A stretch of 64,000 nucleotides of DNA from an uncultured Chloroflexia bacterium (GTDB lineage: Bacteria; Chloroflexota; Limnocylindria; Limnocylindrales; CSP1-4): assembly GCA_963748625.1 (NCBI GenBank), contig CAVVJT010000007.1:1120001-1184000 (forward strand). Reading direction: 5' to 3'. The translations under genes were made by a program, and so were the position numbers. The notes beneath the pieces are model-generated. The model worked only from the letters and a program-made list of their open reading frames with translations. It did not search any database and was not told the DNA's origin. This document shows, one piece after another, positions 12,516 through 21,859 of this stretch. Position 1 is the first letter of the stretch. Every line of letters starts with the position of its first letter.

Positions 12516-13400
12516 ATGCTCGTGTTCGTCCTCTTCTCGTTCAAGCGGGCCTGGCAGGGGTTCTGGCGCAATGCGTTGATGAGCCTCGCGGCGACGCTCA
12601 CGATGGTGCTGATGCTGCTGCTGCTCGCGGGCTTCTTCATCCTCCAGAACGTGCTGCTGGCGTCGCTCGCGTTCGTGGAGCAGAAGGTGCAGGTGGTCGC
12701 CTACATCGAGAACACGGCCACGACGGACCAGGTGGACACGCTGATCGCCCGGGTCGACGGCATGCCCGAGACGGCATCGGTGGAGTTCGTGAGCCGCGAT
12801 CAGGCGCTCGAGTCGTTCCGCCAGGCGCAGGAGGCGCAGGGCCGCGAGGACCTGACCAAGTACCTCGAGTCGAACCCGCTCTACGCCTCGATCAACGTCA
12901 AGTTGACGGCGCCCACGGACCTCGACACCGTGGTGACCGCGCTCGACGACGACCCGATCGTGCGCAACGTGCTCAACATCGAGGCGCTCGTGAACCGGGT
13001 GGTCACAGTCACCACGTTCGTGCGCACGGCGGGGGCCGTGATGGTCCTGATCGTGGGTGTGATCGTGCTGTTCATCATCGTCAACACGATCCGCCTGGCG
13101 GTCGTCGCACGGGCGGAGGAGATCGAGATCATGCGCCTCGTGGGCGCGTCGGACGCGTTCATCCGCTGGCCGTTCGTGTTCGAGGGCGCCCTGGTGGGCC
13201 TGTCGGGCGCGTTGATCACGCTGGGCCTGCTGGCGCTGGCGGCCGACCCGCTCTCCCAGGCGATGGTCGGGTTCTTCAACGTGCTGCCGCTGCAGCTGGG
13301 CACGGTGAGTCGCGACGTGGCCGCGCTGGTGCTGGGGACGGGGCTGGGGCTGGGAGTGCTCGGGTCGTGGGTGTCCGTGCGGACCTACCTGATCCGCTGA
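12516..13400 (+). CDS. ftsX: Cell division permease FtsX
   Basis: IVNTIRLAVVARAEEIEIMRLVGASDAFIRWPFVFEG. Confidence 0.93.
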   Translation: MLVFVLFSFKRAWQGFWRNALMSLAATLTMVLMLLLLAGFFILQNVLLASLAFVEQKVQVVAYIENTATTDQVDTLIARVDGMPETASVEFVSRDQALESFRQAQEAQGREDLTKYLESNPLYASINVKLTAPTDLDTVVTALDDDPIVRNVLNIEALVNRVVTVTTFVRTAGAVMVLIVGVIVLFIIVNTIRLAVVARAEEIEIMRLVGASDAFIRWPFVFEGALVGLSGALITLGLLALAADPLSQAMVGFFNVLPLQLGTVSRDVAALVLGTGLGLGVLGSWVSVRTYLIR

Positions 13401-13725
13401 CAGACCGGGTGCAGCCGGGCGGGTGGCCGGGATCGCCGGCGGCCGGGGCGAGGCCGTACGGGACCGCGGGGCCGTGCGCCCTGAGCGCGCCAACCGGCGC
13501 GTGCCCTGTCGATTCTGTACGGCCAGCGCGCCTCTCGGGTCCGAGACCCCATGTTCCGGCACGGTGGGCGCGCAGGATTCGCACGACACCCGCGCGTTCG
13601 CACGGTGAGCGCGCACCAGGGGCCGGTGCAGGGCCGGGGGGCCGTGCACCACGAGCCTCGGGGCCGCCCGCCGCCATGTCCGAAAACCGCTAGCGCGCGT
13701 TCCCGCGGGCTGGCATCCTCGGGCT

Positions 13726-15391
13726 ATGACCACGACCGCCACCGCCGACGGGGTGCTCTTCGAACGCCGCTACCGGGCCGTCGCCAGCCGCGACCGCCGG
13801 TTCGACGGGTACTTCTACACGGCCGTCACCTCCACCCGCATCTACTGCCGGCCGAGCTGCCCCGCGACGACGCCGAGGGCGGACCGGGTGCGCTTCTATC
13901 CCACCGCGGCCGCCGCTCAGGGAGCGGGTTTCCGCGCCTGCAAGCGCTGCCTGCCGGGTGCTGCACCGGGCTCGCCCGAGTGGGACCTGCGTGGCGATGT
14001 CGCAGGGCGCGCGATGCACCTGATCGACGAGGGGCTGGTGGAGCGCGAGGGTGTTCCGGGCCTGGCCCACCGGCTGGGCTACGGGGAGCGGCAGTTGCGC
14101 CGGATCCTCCAAGCGGACCTGGGCGCACCGCCGCTGGCGCTTGCCCGCGCCCAGCGCGCCGGTGTCGCGCGCCTGCTGCTGGAGACAACCGATCTGTCCG
14201 TCACCGAGGTGGCGTTCGCGGCCGGGTTCGCGTCCCTGCGCCAGTTCAACGACACCATCCGCGCGATCCACGACGCCACGCCCACGGAGCTGCGCGAGCG
14301 GGGGCGCAGGCGGGGCACGCTGGCTGGTGGCATCGCGCACCCGGCCCAGGTGCGGACACCGGCCCGGTGCGAACAGCGGTCCGGGCGCGGACAGCGGCCG
14401 AGGCGCGGACGCCGTGCCGGGCAATCACGGCCCAGGTGCGGACACCGTGTCGGGCGATCACGGCCCCCGTCCGACACGCCTCACCCTCCGCCTCGCCCGG
14501 CGTGAGCCGTTCGACTTCGCATCGCTGCTCGCGTTCCTCGGTCCGCGCTCGATCCCCGGGGTGGAGGAGGTCGTGGACGGCGTCTACCGGCGCAGCCTCC
14601 GCCTGCCGCACGGCGCGGGCCTCGCCGAGGTGCGTGACGGGGACGGCGTCGTGCTCTGCACGCTGGCACTCGCCGATCCGCGCGACCTCGCGCCCGCCGT
14701 GGCCCGTGTCCGGCGCCTCCTGGATCTCGATGCCGACCCGGTCTCGGTGGCGGAGAGCCTGGGGACTGACCCGGTGCTCGGCGCGCTGGTCGCAGCGGCC
14801 CCCGGACGGCGGGCGCCCGGCGCGGTGGACGGCCTGGAGCTGGCGATTCGCGCCATCGCGGGCCAGCAGGTGTCGGTCGCTGCGGCGACGCGCATCGCGG
14901 GCCGGATCGCGGAACGGCTGGGCACGCCGATCCCGGGCGCGGCCGGCCGCGTCACGTCGATCCCGGGCGCGGCCGGTGGCGTCACGCACCTGTTTCCTGA
15001 CGCCGCCACGCTCGCCGAGGCGGACGATGCCGACCTGCCGGTCCCGGTGGCCCGCCGGCGCACGATCCGCACCCTGTCGGCGGCGATCGCCGGCGGGCGG
15101 CTGGACCTGGGGCTCGGGGCGGACCGGGAGGCGGCGCGCGCGGAGCTCCAGGCGATCAGCGGCATCGGACCGTGGACGGCGGGCTACATCAGCCTGCGGG
15201 CACTCGGTGATCCCGATGTGCTGCTCACCGGCGATCTCGGCGTGCGCAAGGCCGCCGTCCGCCTTGGCCTGCCCGATGACCCGGGCGCACTCGCCGCCCA
15301 CGGGGCACGTTGGGCGCCCTGGCGGTCCTACGCAACCCATCACCTCTGGGCATCACTGGCTGGCCCGTCCCTCGAGGAGTCCCGATCGTGA
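13726..15391 (+). CDS. alkA: AdaA-AlkA fusion (Ada Zn domain + AraC HTH + 3-methyladenine glycosylase II), frameshifted near 14340
   Basis: [15 protein letters not shown] and AraC HTH in ORF 13726..14505; [17 protein letters not shown] and WAPWRSYA in ORF 14051..15391. Confidence 0.85.
14340..14468 (+). repeat. Degenerate GPGAD(T/S)-encoding tandem repeats in the Ada-AlkA linker
   Basis: CGGCCCAGGTGCGGACACCG occurs twice, with related 18-mers in between. Confidence 0.6.
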
Positions 15392-15871
15392 CCGTCTATA
15401 CCCTGCACCCGAGCCCCATCGGCGACCTGCTGCTGGTGGGCGAGCCCGTCGGCGATGGGATCGCCCTGTCCGGCCTGTACATGGAGGGCCACAAGCGCGG
15501 TCCGTCGGTCTCCGAGGCCTGGGTCCGCGACAACGCTGCCTTCGCCGCCGTCGGTCGCCAGTTGGACGAGTACTTCGCCGGAGCCCGCCGCACGTTCGAC
15601 CTGGCGCTCGCCCCCCACGGGACGGCATTCCAGCTGGCGGTCTGGGAGCAGCTGCGGCTGATCCCGTGTGGAGCGACCACCACGTACGGCGAGCTCGCGC
15701 TGCGGGTCGGCCGCCCGGGGGCGGCGCGTGCGGTCGGGTGCAGCGGTGGGTCGCAACCCGATCTCGATCATCGTCCCGTGCCACCGCGTGGTCGGCTCTG
15801 ACGGCACCTTGACCGGCTTCGCGGGCGGTCTCGATCGCAAGCGCACGCTCCTCGCGATCGAGCAGGGCTGA
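15388..15871 (+). CDS. ogt: Methylated-DNA-[protein]-cysteine S-methyltransferase, frameshifted near 15745
   Basis: [24 protein letters not shown]; then [18 protein letters not shown] in another frame. Confidence 0.85.
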
Positions 15872-15958
15872 CGGCTGGGGTCTCGCGCACCCTGGGGTCT
15901 CGCGCACCCGAGAGGCCTCGCGCACCCGATCCGCGTCCCCGCGGTACGCTGGCGACCC

Positions 15959-17348
15959 ATGACCGACCTGCCGCCGACCACCGACGCGACCGTGCCGTCC
16001 TTCGACGAGGCGGTCGAGCCGGCCGTGGTCGATCCTAACCCGGTCGCGACGGATGTGGTCGAACCCACCGTGGTCGCCCAGCCGAAGTCCCGCAGTCGCG
16101 TCCCGGCGATCATCGCCGTGTCCCTGCTGGCCGTACTCGCGGGCACCGCGCTGTTCTTCTCCGGCTGGACGATGGGCCGCCACGCCGCGCTGACGCCCGG
16201 CACCCCCGTGGACGAGGCCGAGGCCTTCCAGCCGTTCTGGGACACGTGGCGAGCCGTCACGGAACGCTACGCCGGGCAGCGAGGTCGACCGGAAGAAGCT
16301 GATCGAGGGCTCGATCAAGGGGATGATCGGCGCGCTCGAAGACCCGTACTCCATGTACCTCACGTCCGACGAGTTCAAGGCGACGCTGCGCGACATCTCC
16401 GGCGAGTTCGAGGGGATCGGCGCCACCATCGGCACCGTGGACGCCACGGGAGCCAGCGCCGGCTGCACCGATCTTGGGCCGGACTGCCGCATGGTCATCG
16501 TCGCGCCGATCAAGGACTCGCCCGCCGACAAGGCCGGTCTCGAGCCCGGCGACATCGTGATTGCCATCGACGGCACCCCGGTTGCCGGCCAGACGCTCGA
16601 CGAGGCGCGCTCGAAGGTGCGCGGGCCGAAGGACACCGCGGTCGTGCTTGCGATCGAGCGCGACGGCGCCGCCCCAGTCGACATCGAGATCGTGCGGGCC
16701 GTGATCATCTCGCCCGAGGTGGAGAGCAGGGACCTCGCCGACGGGAAGGTCGGCTACATCCGCCTGTCGGGCTTCTCGGACCATGCGGCAGACGAGCTGG
16801 CGCGCGTCGCGGGCGAGGACGTCAAGGACGGTAAGGAGGCGCTGATCCTCGACCTGCGCGGCAACCCGGGAGGGTTCGTGACCGCCGCCCGCTCGATCGC
16901 CAGCCAGTTCCTGGCCGACGGCACGGTCTTCTGGGAGGAGGACGCCGACGGGAACCTCCAAGAGACGGTCGCGGAACCCGGCGGCAGCGCCACGGACACG
17001 GCCATTCCGCTGGTCGTGCTGGTCGACGGGGGGTCGGCGTCGGCGTCGGAGATCGTTGCGGGCGCGCTGCAGGACCGCGGCCGCGCGAAGCTGGTGGGCA
17101 CGAAGACCTTCGGAAAGGGCACGGTCCAGCAGTGGACCCAGCTCGAGGAGGACAGCGGCGGCTTCCGGCTCACCGTCGCCAAGTGGCTGACGCCCGACAA
17201 GACCTGGATCCACAAGGCGGGCATCACCCCCGACGTGATCGTGGACGAGGTGCCCGCGAAGCCGGGCGACGACCCGGTGCTCGAGAAGGCGCTCGACGTG
17301 CTGGGCTTCGGCGAGCCCGCCGGTTCGGCCCTGCGCGCCGCCGCCTGA
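15959..17348 (+). CDS. S41 family C-terminal processing protease with PDZ domain, frameshifted near 16278
   Basis: N-terminal TM; DPYS, GIGA, ILDLRGNPGG, SASASEIVAGAL, TFGKGTVQ, GITPD. Confidence 0.88.
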
Positions 17349-17375
17349 GCTTGAGCCAGCGCACAAACTGCGGGC

Positions 17376-17405
17376 TTGCCAACCTCGCACATCGTCGGGT
17401 AGGGT
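17376..17405 (+). promoter_or_regulatory. Sigma70-type promoter of a small transcript
   Basis: TTGCCA-18 nt-TAGGGT. Confidence 0.55.
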
Positions 17406-17433
17406 TCGCGCAGACGAAAGGAGGTGATGTGCA

Positions 17434-17484
17434 GTGATCGACAGTAGTAGTTGCTGCACCACCTCGGCGGAGATCGTCGCCTAG
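17434..17484 (+). CDS. Putative 16-aa peptide MIDSSSCCTTSAEIVA
   Basis: Preceded by AAAGGAGGTGAT (17417-17428); GGAGG is 9 nt before the GTG. Confidence 0.45.
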   Translation: MIDSSSCCTTSAEIVA

Positions 17485-17515
17485 AGACGATCCGGCCGGG
17501 TGGTCGGTAGCAATC

Positions 17516-17545
17516 GGACGCCGGTCCAGCGATGGGCCGGCGTTC
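17516..17545 (+). terminator. Terminator-like hairpin, 13-bp stem with GCGA tetraloop
   Basis: GGACGCCGGTCCA-GCGA-TGGGCCGGCGTTC; no long U tract. Confidence 0.5.
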
Positions 17546-17551
17546 GTGCGT

Positions 17552-17583
17552 CCGGGACCCGGGGTGCCCGGGACCCGGGGTGC
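17552..17583. repeat. 16-bp direct tandem duplication
   Basis: CCGGGACCCGGGGTGC x2. Confidence 0.8.
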
Positions 17584-17692
17584 CCGCGACCAGCGATGCG
17601 GGCCCGGAGTGCCTGCATCAGTGCCTCGGACCCGGAACCCGGACCTCCATGCGAAACTGACCCCCCACACGCTCACCCGAGGAGACGCCGCC

Positions 17693-18154
17693 ATGGGCGA
17701 GACCATCGCCCAGAACCGAAGAGCCCGCCACGACTACAGCATCGAGGACACCTTCGAGGCGGGTATCGTGCTGCGCGGCACCGAGATCAAGAGTGTCCGC
17801 GCCCACAAGGTGAGCCTGGCCGATGCGTACGCGCGGATCGAGCGCGACGAGGCCTGGATCATCGGCCTGCACATCGCTCCGTGGGAATCGACGGACCTCC
17901 GCTTCAACCACGAGCCCAAGCGCGCGCGGAAGCTGCTCCTCCACCGGCACGAGATCGACGAGCTGTTGGGCAAGACGAAGGCGAAGGGCCTCACGATCGT
18001 GCCCCTCGCGCTCTATATCAACGACCGCGGCAGGGCGAAGATGAACCTCGGGCTGGCCAAAGGCAAGCAGACGTGGGACCGCCGCCGCGAGATCGCCGAA
18101 CGGGACGCCAAGCGGGACATGGCACGCCAGGTCGCGGACGCCCGGCGGCGCTAG
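17693..18154 (+). CDS. smpB: SsrA-binding protein SmpB
   Basis: IAQNRRARHDY, FEAGIVLRGTEIKS, RKLLLHRHEI, LAKGKQTWDRR. Confidence 0.97.
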   Translation: MGETIAQNRRARHDYSIEDTFEAGIVLRGTEIKSVRAHKVSLADAYARIERDEAWIIGLHIAPWESTDLRFNHEPKRARKLLLHRHEIDELLGKTKAKGLTIVPLALYINDRGRAKMNLGLAKGKQTWDRRREIAERDAKRDMARQVADARRR

Positions 18155-18177
18155 GCAGCCGAGGAGGCCTTCACACG

Positions 18178-19230
18178 ATGCGGCTCGCGCGGATGATCCA
18201 GGCGGTCGATGTGCACGCGGGCGGCGAGCCCGGCCGGGTCGTGGTCGGCGGTGTCCTGGACGTTCCGGGAGCCACCATGTTCGAGAAGGCGCAGCACCTC
18301 GAGCACCACGCCGACACGCTCCGCAAGATGATGCTCAACGAGCCGCGCGGCTATCCGGCCCTCTGCGCCAACGTCATCCTCCCGCCGACCCACCCCGATG
18401 CCGACGCCGGCTACGTGATCATGGAGCACGTCGAATACCCGGGGATGTCCGGGTCGAACACGATCTGCGTCGCCACTGCGCTGCTCGAGACGGGCATGCT
18501 GCCGATGACCGAGCCCGTGACCGACATCACGCTCGAGGCGCCGGCCGGCCTCATCCGCATCCGGGCGACCTGCGAGAACGGCAAGGTCACCGGGGTCACG
18601 TTCCGCAACGTGCCGGCCTTCGCCACCCACCTCGATGCCGTCGTCGAGGTACCGAACCTGGGCACGGTCACGGTGGATGTCGCCTACGGGGGCATGTTCC
18701 ACGTCATCGCGGACGCGGAGGCCCTCGGCTTCCGCATCACGCCCGACGAGGGCGCCGACATCACCCGCATCACCGAGATGATCAAGGCCGCCGCCGCCGA
18801 GCAGCTCCCGGTCGTCCACCCGGACCAGCCCGGGTTCGCCGGCATCACCATCGGCCAGGTGAGCGGCCCGCCGCACGACCCGCGCAACTCGTGGCGCAAT
18901 GCCACCACGGTGTCCACCCGCGCCTTCGCATGGGACAACCCTTCGACCTGGACCGGCGTCCTGGACCGGTCCCCGTGCGGCACGGGCACCTGCGCCAAGA
19001 TGGCCGTCCTGCACGCGAAGGGCGAGCTCAAGGTCGGTGAGGACTTCCGCCACGAGAGCATCATCGGCTCGGTGTTCACGGGCCGCCTCCTCGAGGAGAC
19101 GCGCGTCGGCCAGTACGCCGCCGTCGTGCCCGAGATCACCGGAACGGGCTGGATCTATGCGCTCAGCTCGTACGTGGTGGACCCGACCGACCCGTTCCCC
19201 GAAGGCTTCACCGTCGGCGACATCTGGTAG
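18178..19230 (+). CDS. Proline racemase / hydroxyproline epimerase family protein (Ser/Cys dyad)
   Basis: DVHAGGEPGR, NEPRG, MSGSN in place of MCGH, DRSPCGTGT, DPFPEGF. Confidence 0.9.
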   Translation: MRLARMIQAVDVHAGGEPGRVVVGGVLDVPGATMFEKAQHLEHHADTLRKMMLNEPRGYPALCANVILPPTHPDADAGYVIMEHVEYPGMSGSNTICVATALLETGMLPMTEPVTDITLEAPAGLIRIRATCENGKVTGVTFRNVPAFATHLDAVVEVPNLGTVTVDVAYGGMFHVIADAEALGFRITPDEGADITRITEMIKAAAAEQLPVVHPDQPGFAGITIGQVSGPPHDPRNSWRNATTVSTRAFAWDNPSTWTGVLDRSPCGTGTCAKMAVLHAKGELKVGEDFRHESIIGSVFTGRLLEETRVGQYAAVVPEITGTGWIYALSSYVVDPTDPFPEGFTVGDIW

Positions 19231-19438
19231 CGACCTCCACAGTGGCGCGGCTCGCGACCGAGACCCCCGGATGGACGCGGAGTCCATGGATCCGCGGTTC
19301 GGGCTGCGCTCGGATAGCCGTCAGGCCCCGTGCCGGCCGATTCGTGGACGGCGCGTCCCGGAATCCGCCGCCAGGAGGCAACCGGCGGGTCGGCGCCGAG
19401 GGTTCATGGACGCAGCGCCCATGCGACGCGACGGAGCC

Positions 19439-19494
19439 CCTACCCGTCGAGGCCTACCCGTCGAGGCCTACCCGTCGAGGCCTACCCGTCGAGG
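19439..19494. repeat. 14-bp tandem repeat x4 containing the stop codon of the GNAT gene
   Basis: CCTACCCGTCGAGG x4, exact. Confidence 0.9.
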
Positions 19495-20132
19495 CCGATA
19501 AGCCTCCGCACCGGGCCGAGCCCATCGACCGAGATCGGCTCGCCGCGGACGAGACCGTCAGGCGTCAGCACCAGCTGCTGGTTCTCGGCGAGCTCGCCAC
19601 GCCGGACCATGCGAATACGCCCGTTGTCCACGTAGCCCACCTTCCGGCTCACCGCGAGCGAGGCCGGGTTGTCCAGGAACGCGCCAGAGTGCACGACCTC
19701 CGCGCCGAGGTGGTCGAACAGGAACGCGCAGATCGCCTGGCGCATCGCGGTCCCGATTCCGTGGCCCTGGTGCGCAGCTCCCAGCCACGAGCCGGTCTCC
19801 CCGGTCCGCGTGACCAGGTAGTCGCGCGTGAAGAACCCCTGTGTCCCAACGACGACGCCCTCCCAGCGCACGACGAAGTCCAGCGTCCAGCGCTCCCGGG
19901 AGAACGACGCGCGGTTTCCCCAGTGGTACTGCGCGAACCGCAGCGGCAGCTCGTCGGCGGGGGCGTCCGTCCAGGGCACCGCGAACGGCATCCGCTCCGG
20001 CGGGTGGATCCCGGCCAACGCGAGACCGACCAGCGCCGCGATGTCGTCATCCGCGATGCCGCGCAGCTCCAGCGGCCCCGCGGTGATCCGAAGCCCGAGC
20101 ACCGGGAACAGGTCGGTCGGCGACAAGCCCAT
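19482..20132 (-). CDS. RimJ/RimL-type GNAT acyltransferase (Rv0802c-like)
   Basis: LRITAGPLELR, PFAVPW, ETGSWLG, HQGHGIGTAMR, DNPASLAVSRKVGY. Confidence 0.85.
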   Translation of the reverse strand: MGLSPTDLFPVLGLRITAGPLELRGIADDDIAALVGLALAGIHPPERMPFAVPWTDAPADELPLRFAQYHWGNRASFSRERWTLDFVVRWEGVVVGTQGFFTRDYLVTRTGETGSWLGAAHQGHGIGTAMRQAICAFLFDHLGAEVVHSGAFLDNPASLAVSRKVGYVDNGRIRMVRRGELAENQQLVLTPDGLVRGEPISVDGLGPVRRLIGLDG

Positions 20133-20140
20133 GACGAGGC

Positions 20141-21859
20141 CTACCGCAGCAGGTACCGGCGGCTCAGCGGCACCTCGCTCACGGCCTCTGCCGCCAGCGC
20201 CCGCCCGCCCAGGGACACCGCGCCCGTCCGCAGGTCGATGTCCACCGGCGCCACCGCCCGGTTCGCGACCAGCGACGACCGCGTGACCCCGCGCATCCCT
20301 TCGGCCACCACCAGCTCCCGCCGCGTCCCAAGCCACCGCGCCAGCGCCTCGCGATCCACCCCCGACGCCACGAACATCACCGCCGACTTCGGCGCCGCCG
20401 TGGACACCCCGCCCCAGTCCGCCCGGTAGCGGGTCGGCTCCGACCGCTCGACGGTCGAGTTGCCCTCGCCCAGCGCGCCCCAGGCCGGGAACCCGCCCTT
20501 GAAGATCCACTCTGGCTTGACGCCGAAGAACGCGGGCGACCACAGCACGATGTCGGCGAGGCGCCCCACCGCGAGCGTTCCCACGTGCGCCGCCACACCG
20601 TGCGTGATCGCGGGCTCGATGGTGATCTTGGCCAGGTACTGCAGCACGCGCGCCGTGTCGTCGCGGTCGTCCGGGTCGCGCAGGCCGGGATCGTCCGGCA
20701 GGCCGGGGACGCCGTACGCCCGCTCGGACCTGCGCCATGCCTTCATGACATGGGCCAGCTGGAACGTGCGCCTGAACGTCTCGCCGATACGCCCCATCCC
20801 CTGCGAGTCCGAATTGACGATCTGGATGGCGCCCAGCTCGTGCAGGGGCCCCTCGGCCGCCATCCGCGCTTCCAGCACCCGCTCCCGGACCAGCGCGACG
20901 TCCTCGGGCACCGCGAACGAGAGCCCGTGGTTCAGCACGACCATTGGCACGTGCTCCACCGCGCAGTGCACCCCGAACGGCAGCGTGGGCGTCGTGGACG
21001 AGCACAGGATCGACGGCTCCCGGACCAGTCCCAGCAGGTCCGGCACGTGGCCGCCACCCGTCCCCTCCACGTGGTAGGCATGGACCGTCCGCCCGGCGAT
21101 CGCCGCGACCGTGTCCTCGAGCTCCGCCGACTCGTGCAGCCCGTCGGTGTGGAGGCTCACGGACACGTCGCGGGCGTCGGCGTAGCGCAGGACATGGTCG
21201 ATGATGTCCGGGTAGGCGCCATTGTCCTCGTGGATCTTGAAGCCGATCGCGCCGACCTCCACCATCGCGTCGAGGTGGGAGGATTCGGCGGCCCGGGCAC
21301 CCGCCTGCATGCCGATGTTGATCGGCCAGGCCTCGAGGCCGGCCAGGACTCGCTCCATCGCGAACGGCGGCTCCTCGAAGCCCGCCGTGATGAAGGTGGT
21401 GACGCCGCCCGCCAGCGCCGGGGCCAGGAGCTCCGGGTCGATGGTATGGACGTGCGAATCCACGGCGCCCGGTGTCGCGATCAGCCCGTACGCCATGTAC
21501 GACTTCGTGTGCGGACCCACGACCAGGTCGATGCCGTCGCTGATGGCCGGGCTGCCCGACCGCCCGATGCCCGCGATGCGGCCGTCCTTGATGCCGATGT
21601 CGGCCTTGACCACCCCGATGACGGGGTCGATGACGAGCGCACCGCACAGGAGGACATCCAGCTCGGACGGGCCCGACGCCTCGTCCCACTGGGCCTGGCG
21701 GGAGCGGAGGTTCTTGGCGTAGCCCCAGATGGGCTCGTCGCCGGGGGAGGATCGGTCTTCGGCCACGCGGACCCACAGGTCGGTGTCGCCCAGCCGGATG
21801 CGGTCTCCGGTGGTGGGGCCATAGCGGGCCCGGTACTCGGCGCCGGAGATGCGGGTCAT
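20141..21859 (-). CDS. ureC: Urease alpha subunit-like amidohydrolase (divergent)
   Basis: YGPTTGDRIRLGDTDL, DSHVH, FKIHED, HTD, HAYHVEG, SDSQGMGR, PAFFGVKP. Confidence 0.9.
   Translation of the reverse strand: MTRISGAEYRARYGPTTGDRIRLGDTDLWVRVAEDRSSPGDEPIWGYAKNLRSRQAQWDEASGPSELDVLLCGALVIDPVIGVVKADIGIKDGRIAGIGRSGSPAISDGIDLVVGPHTKSYMAYGLIATPGAVDSHVHTIDPELLAPALAGGVTTFITAGFEEPPFAMERVLAGLEAWPINIGMQAGARAAESSHLDAMVEVGAIGFKIHEDNGAYPDIIDHVLRYADARDVSVSLHTDGLHESAELEDTVAAIAGRTVHAYHVEGTGGGHVPDLLGLVREPSILCSSTTPTLPFGVHCAVEHVPMVVLNHGLSFAVPEDVALVRERVLEARMAAEGPLHELGAIQIVNSDSQGMGRIGETFRRTFQLAHVMKAWRRSERAYGVPGLPDDPGLRDPDDRDDTARVLQYLAKITIEPAITHGVAAHVGTLAVGRLADIVLWSPAFFGVKPEWIFKGGFPAWGALGEGNSTVERSEPTRYRADWGGVSTAAPKSAVMFVASGVDREALARWLGTRRELVVAEGMRGVTRSSLVANRAVAPVDIDLRTGAVSLGGRALAAEAVSEVPLSRRYLLR

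Noticed and set aside
10425-13742. 1105-aa minus-strand ORF and similar long ORFs (19482..22115 extension, 51452..54934, 37074..38921, 3235..4884)
   Set aside because: Arg/Pro/Ala-rich shadow frames overlapping well-supported genes, expected at this GC content
15875-15930. Repeated CTCGCGCACCC units as a mobile element
   Set aside because: Three short imperfect copies without terminal repeats or a transposase; slippage is likely
14340-16280. Programmed frameshifts in alkA, ogt and the S41 protease
   Set aside because: No slippery heptamer or stimulatory signal recognised; clustering favours assembly indels
17417-17428. 16S rRNA 3' fragment on the minus strand
   Set aside because: Match is only the 12-nt anti-SD complement; flanks do not resemble rRNA
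17500-18177. N-terminal extension of the proline racemase ORF across smpB
   Set aside because: Real start is ATG 18178 with a GAGGAGG RBS; the extension is an alternate frame of smpB
19439-19494. CRISPR array
   Set aside because: Head-to-tail 14-mers with no spacers and no cas genes; a simple tandem repeat
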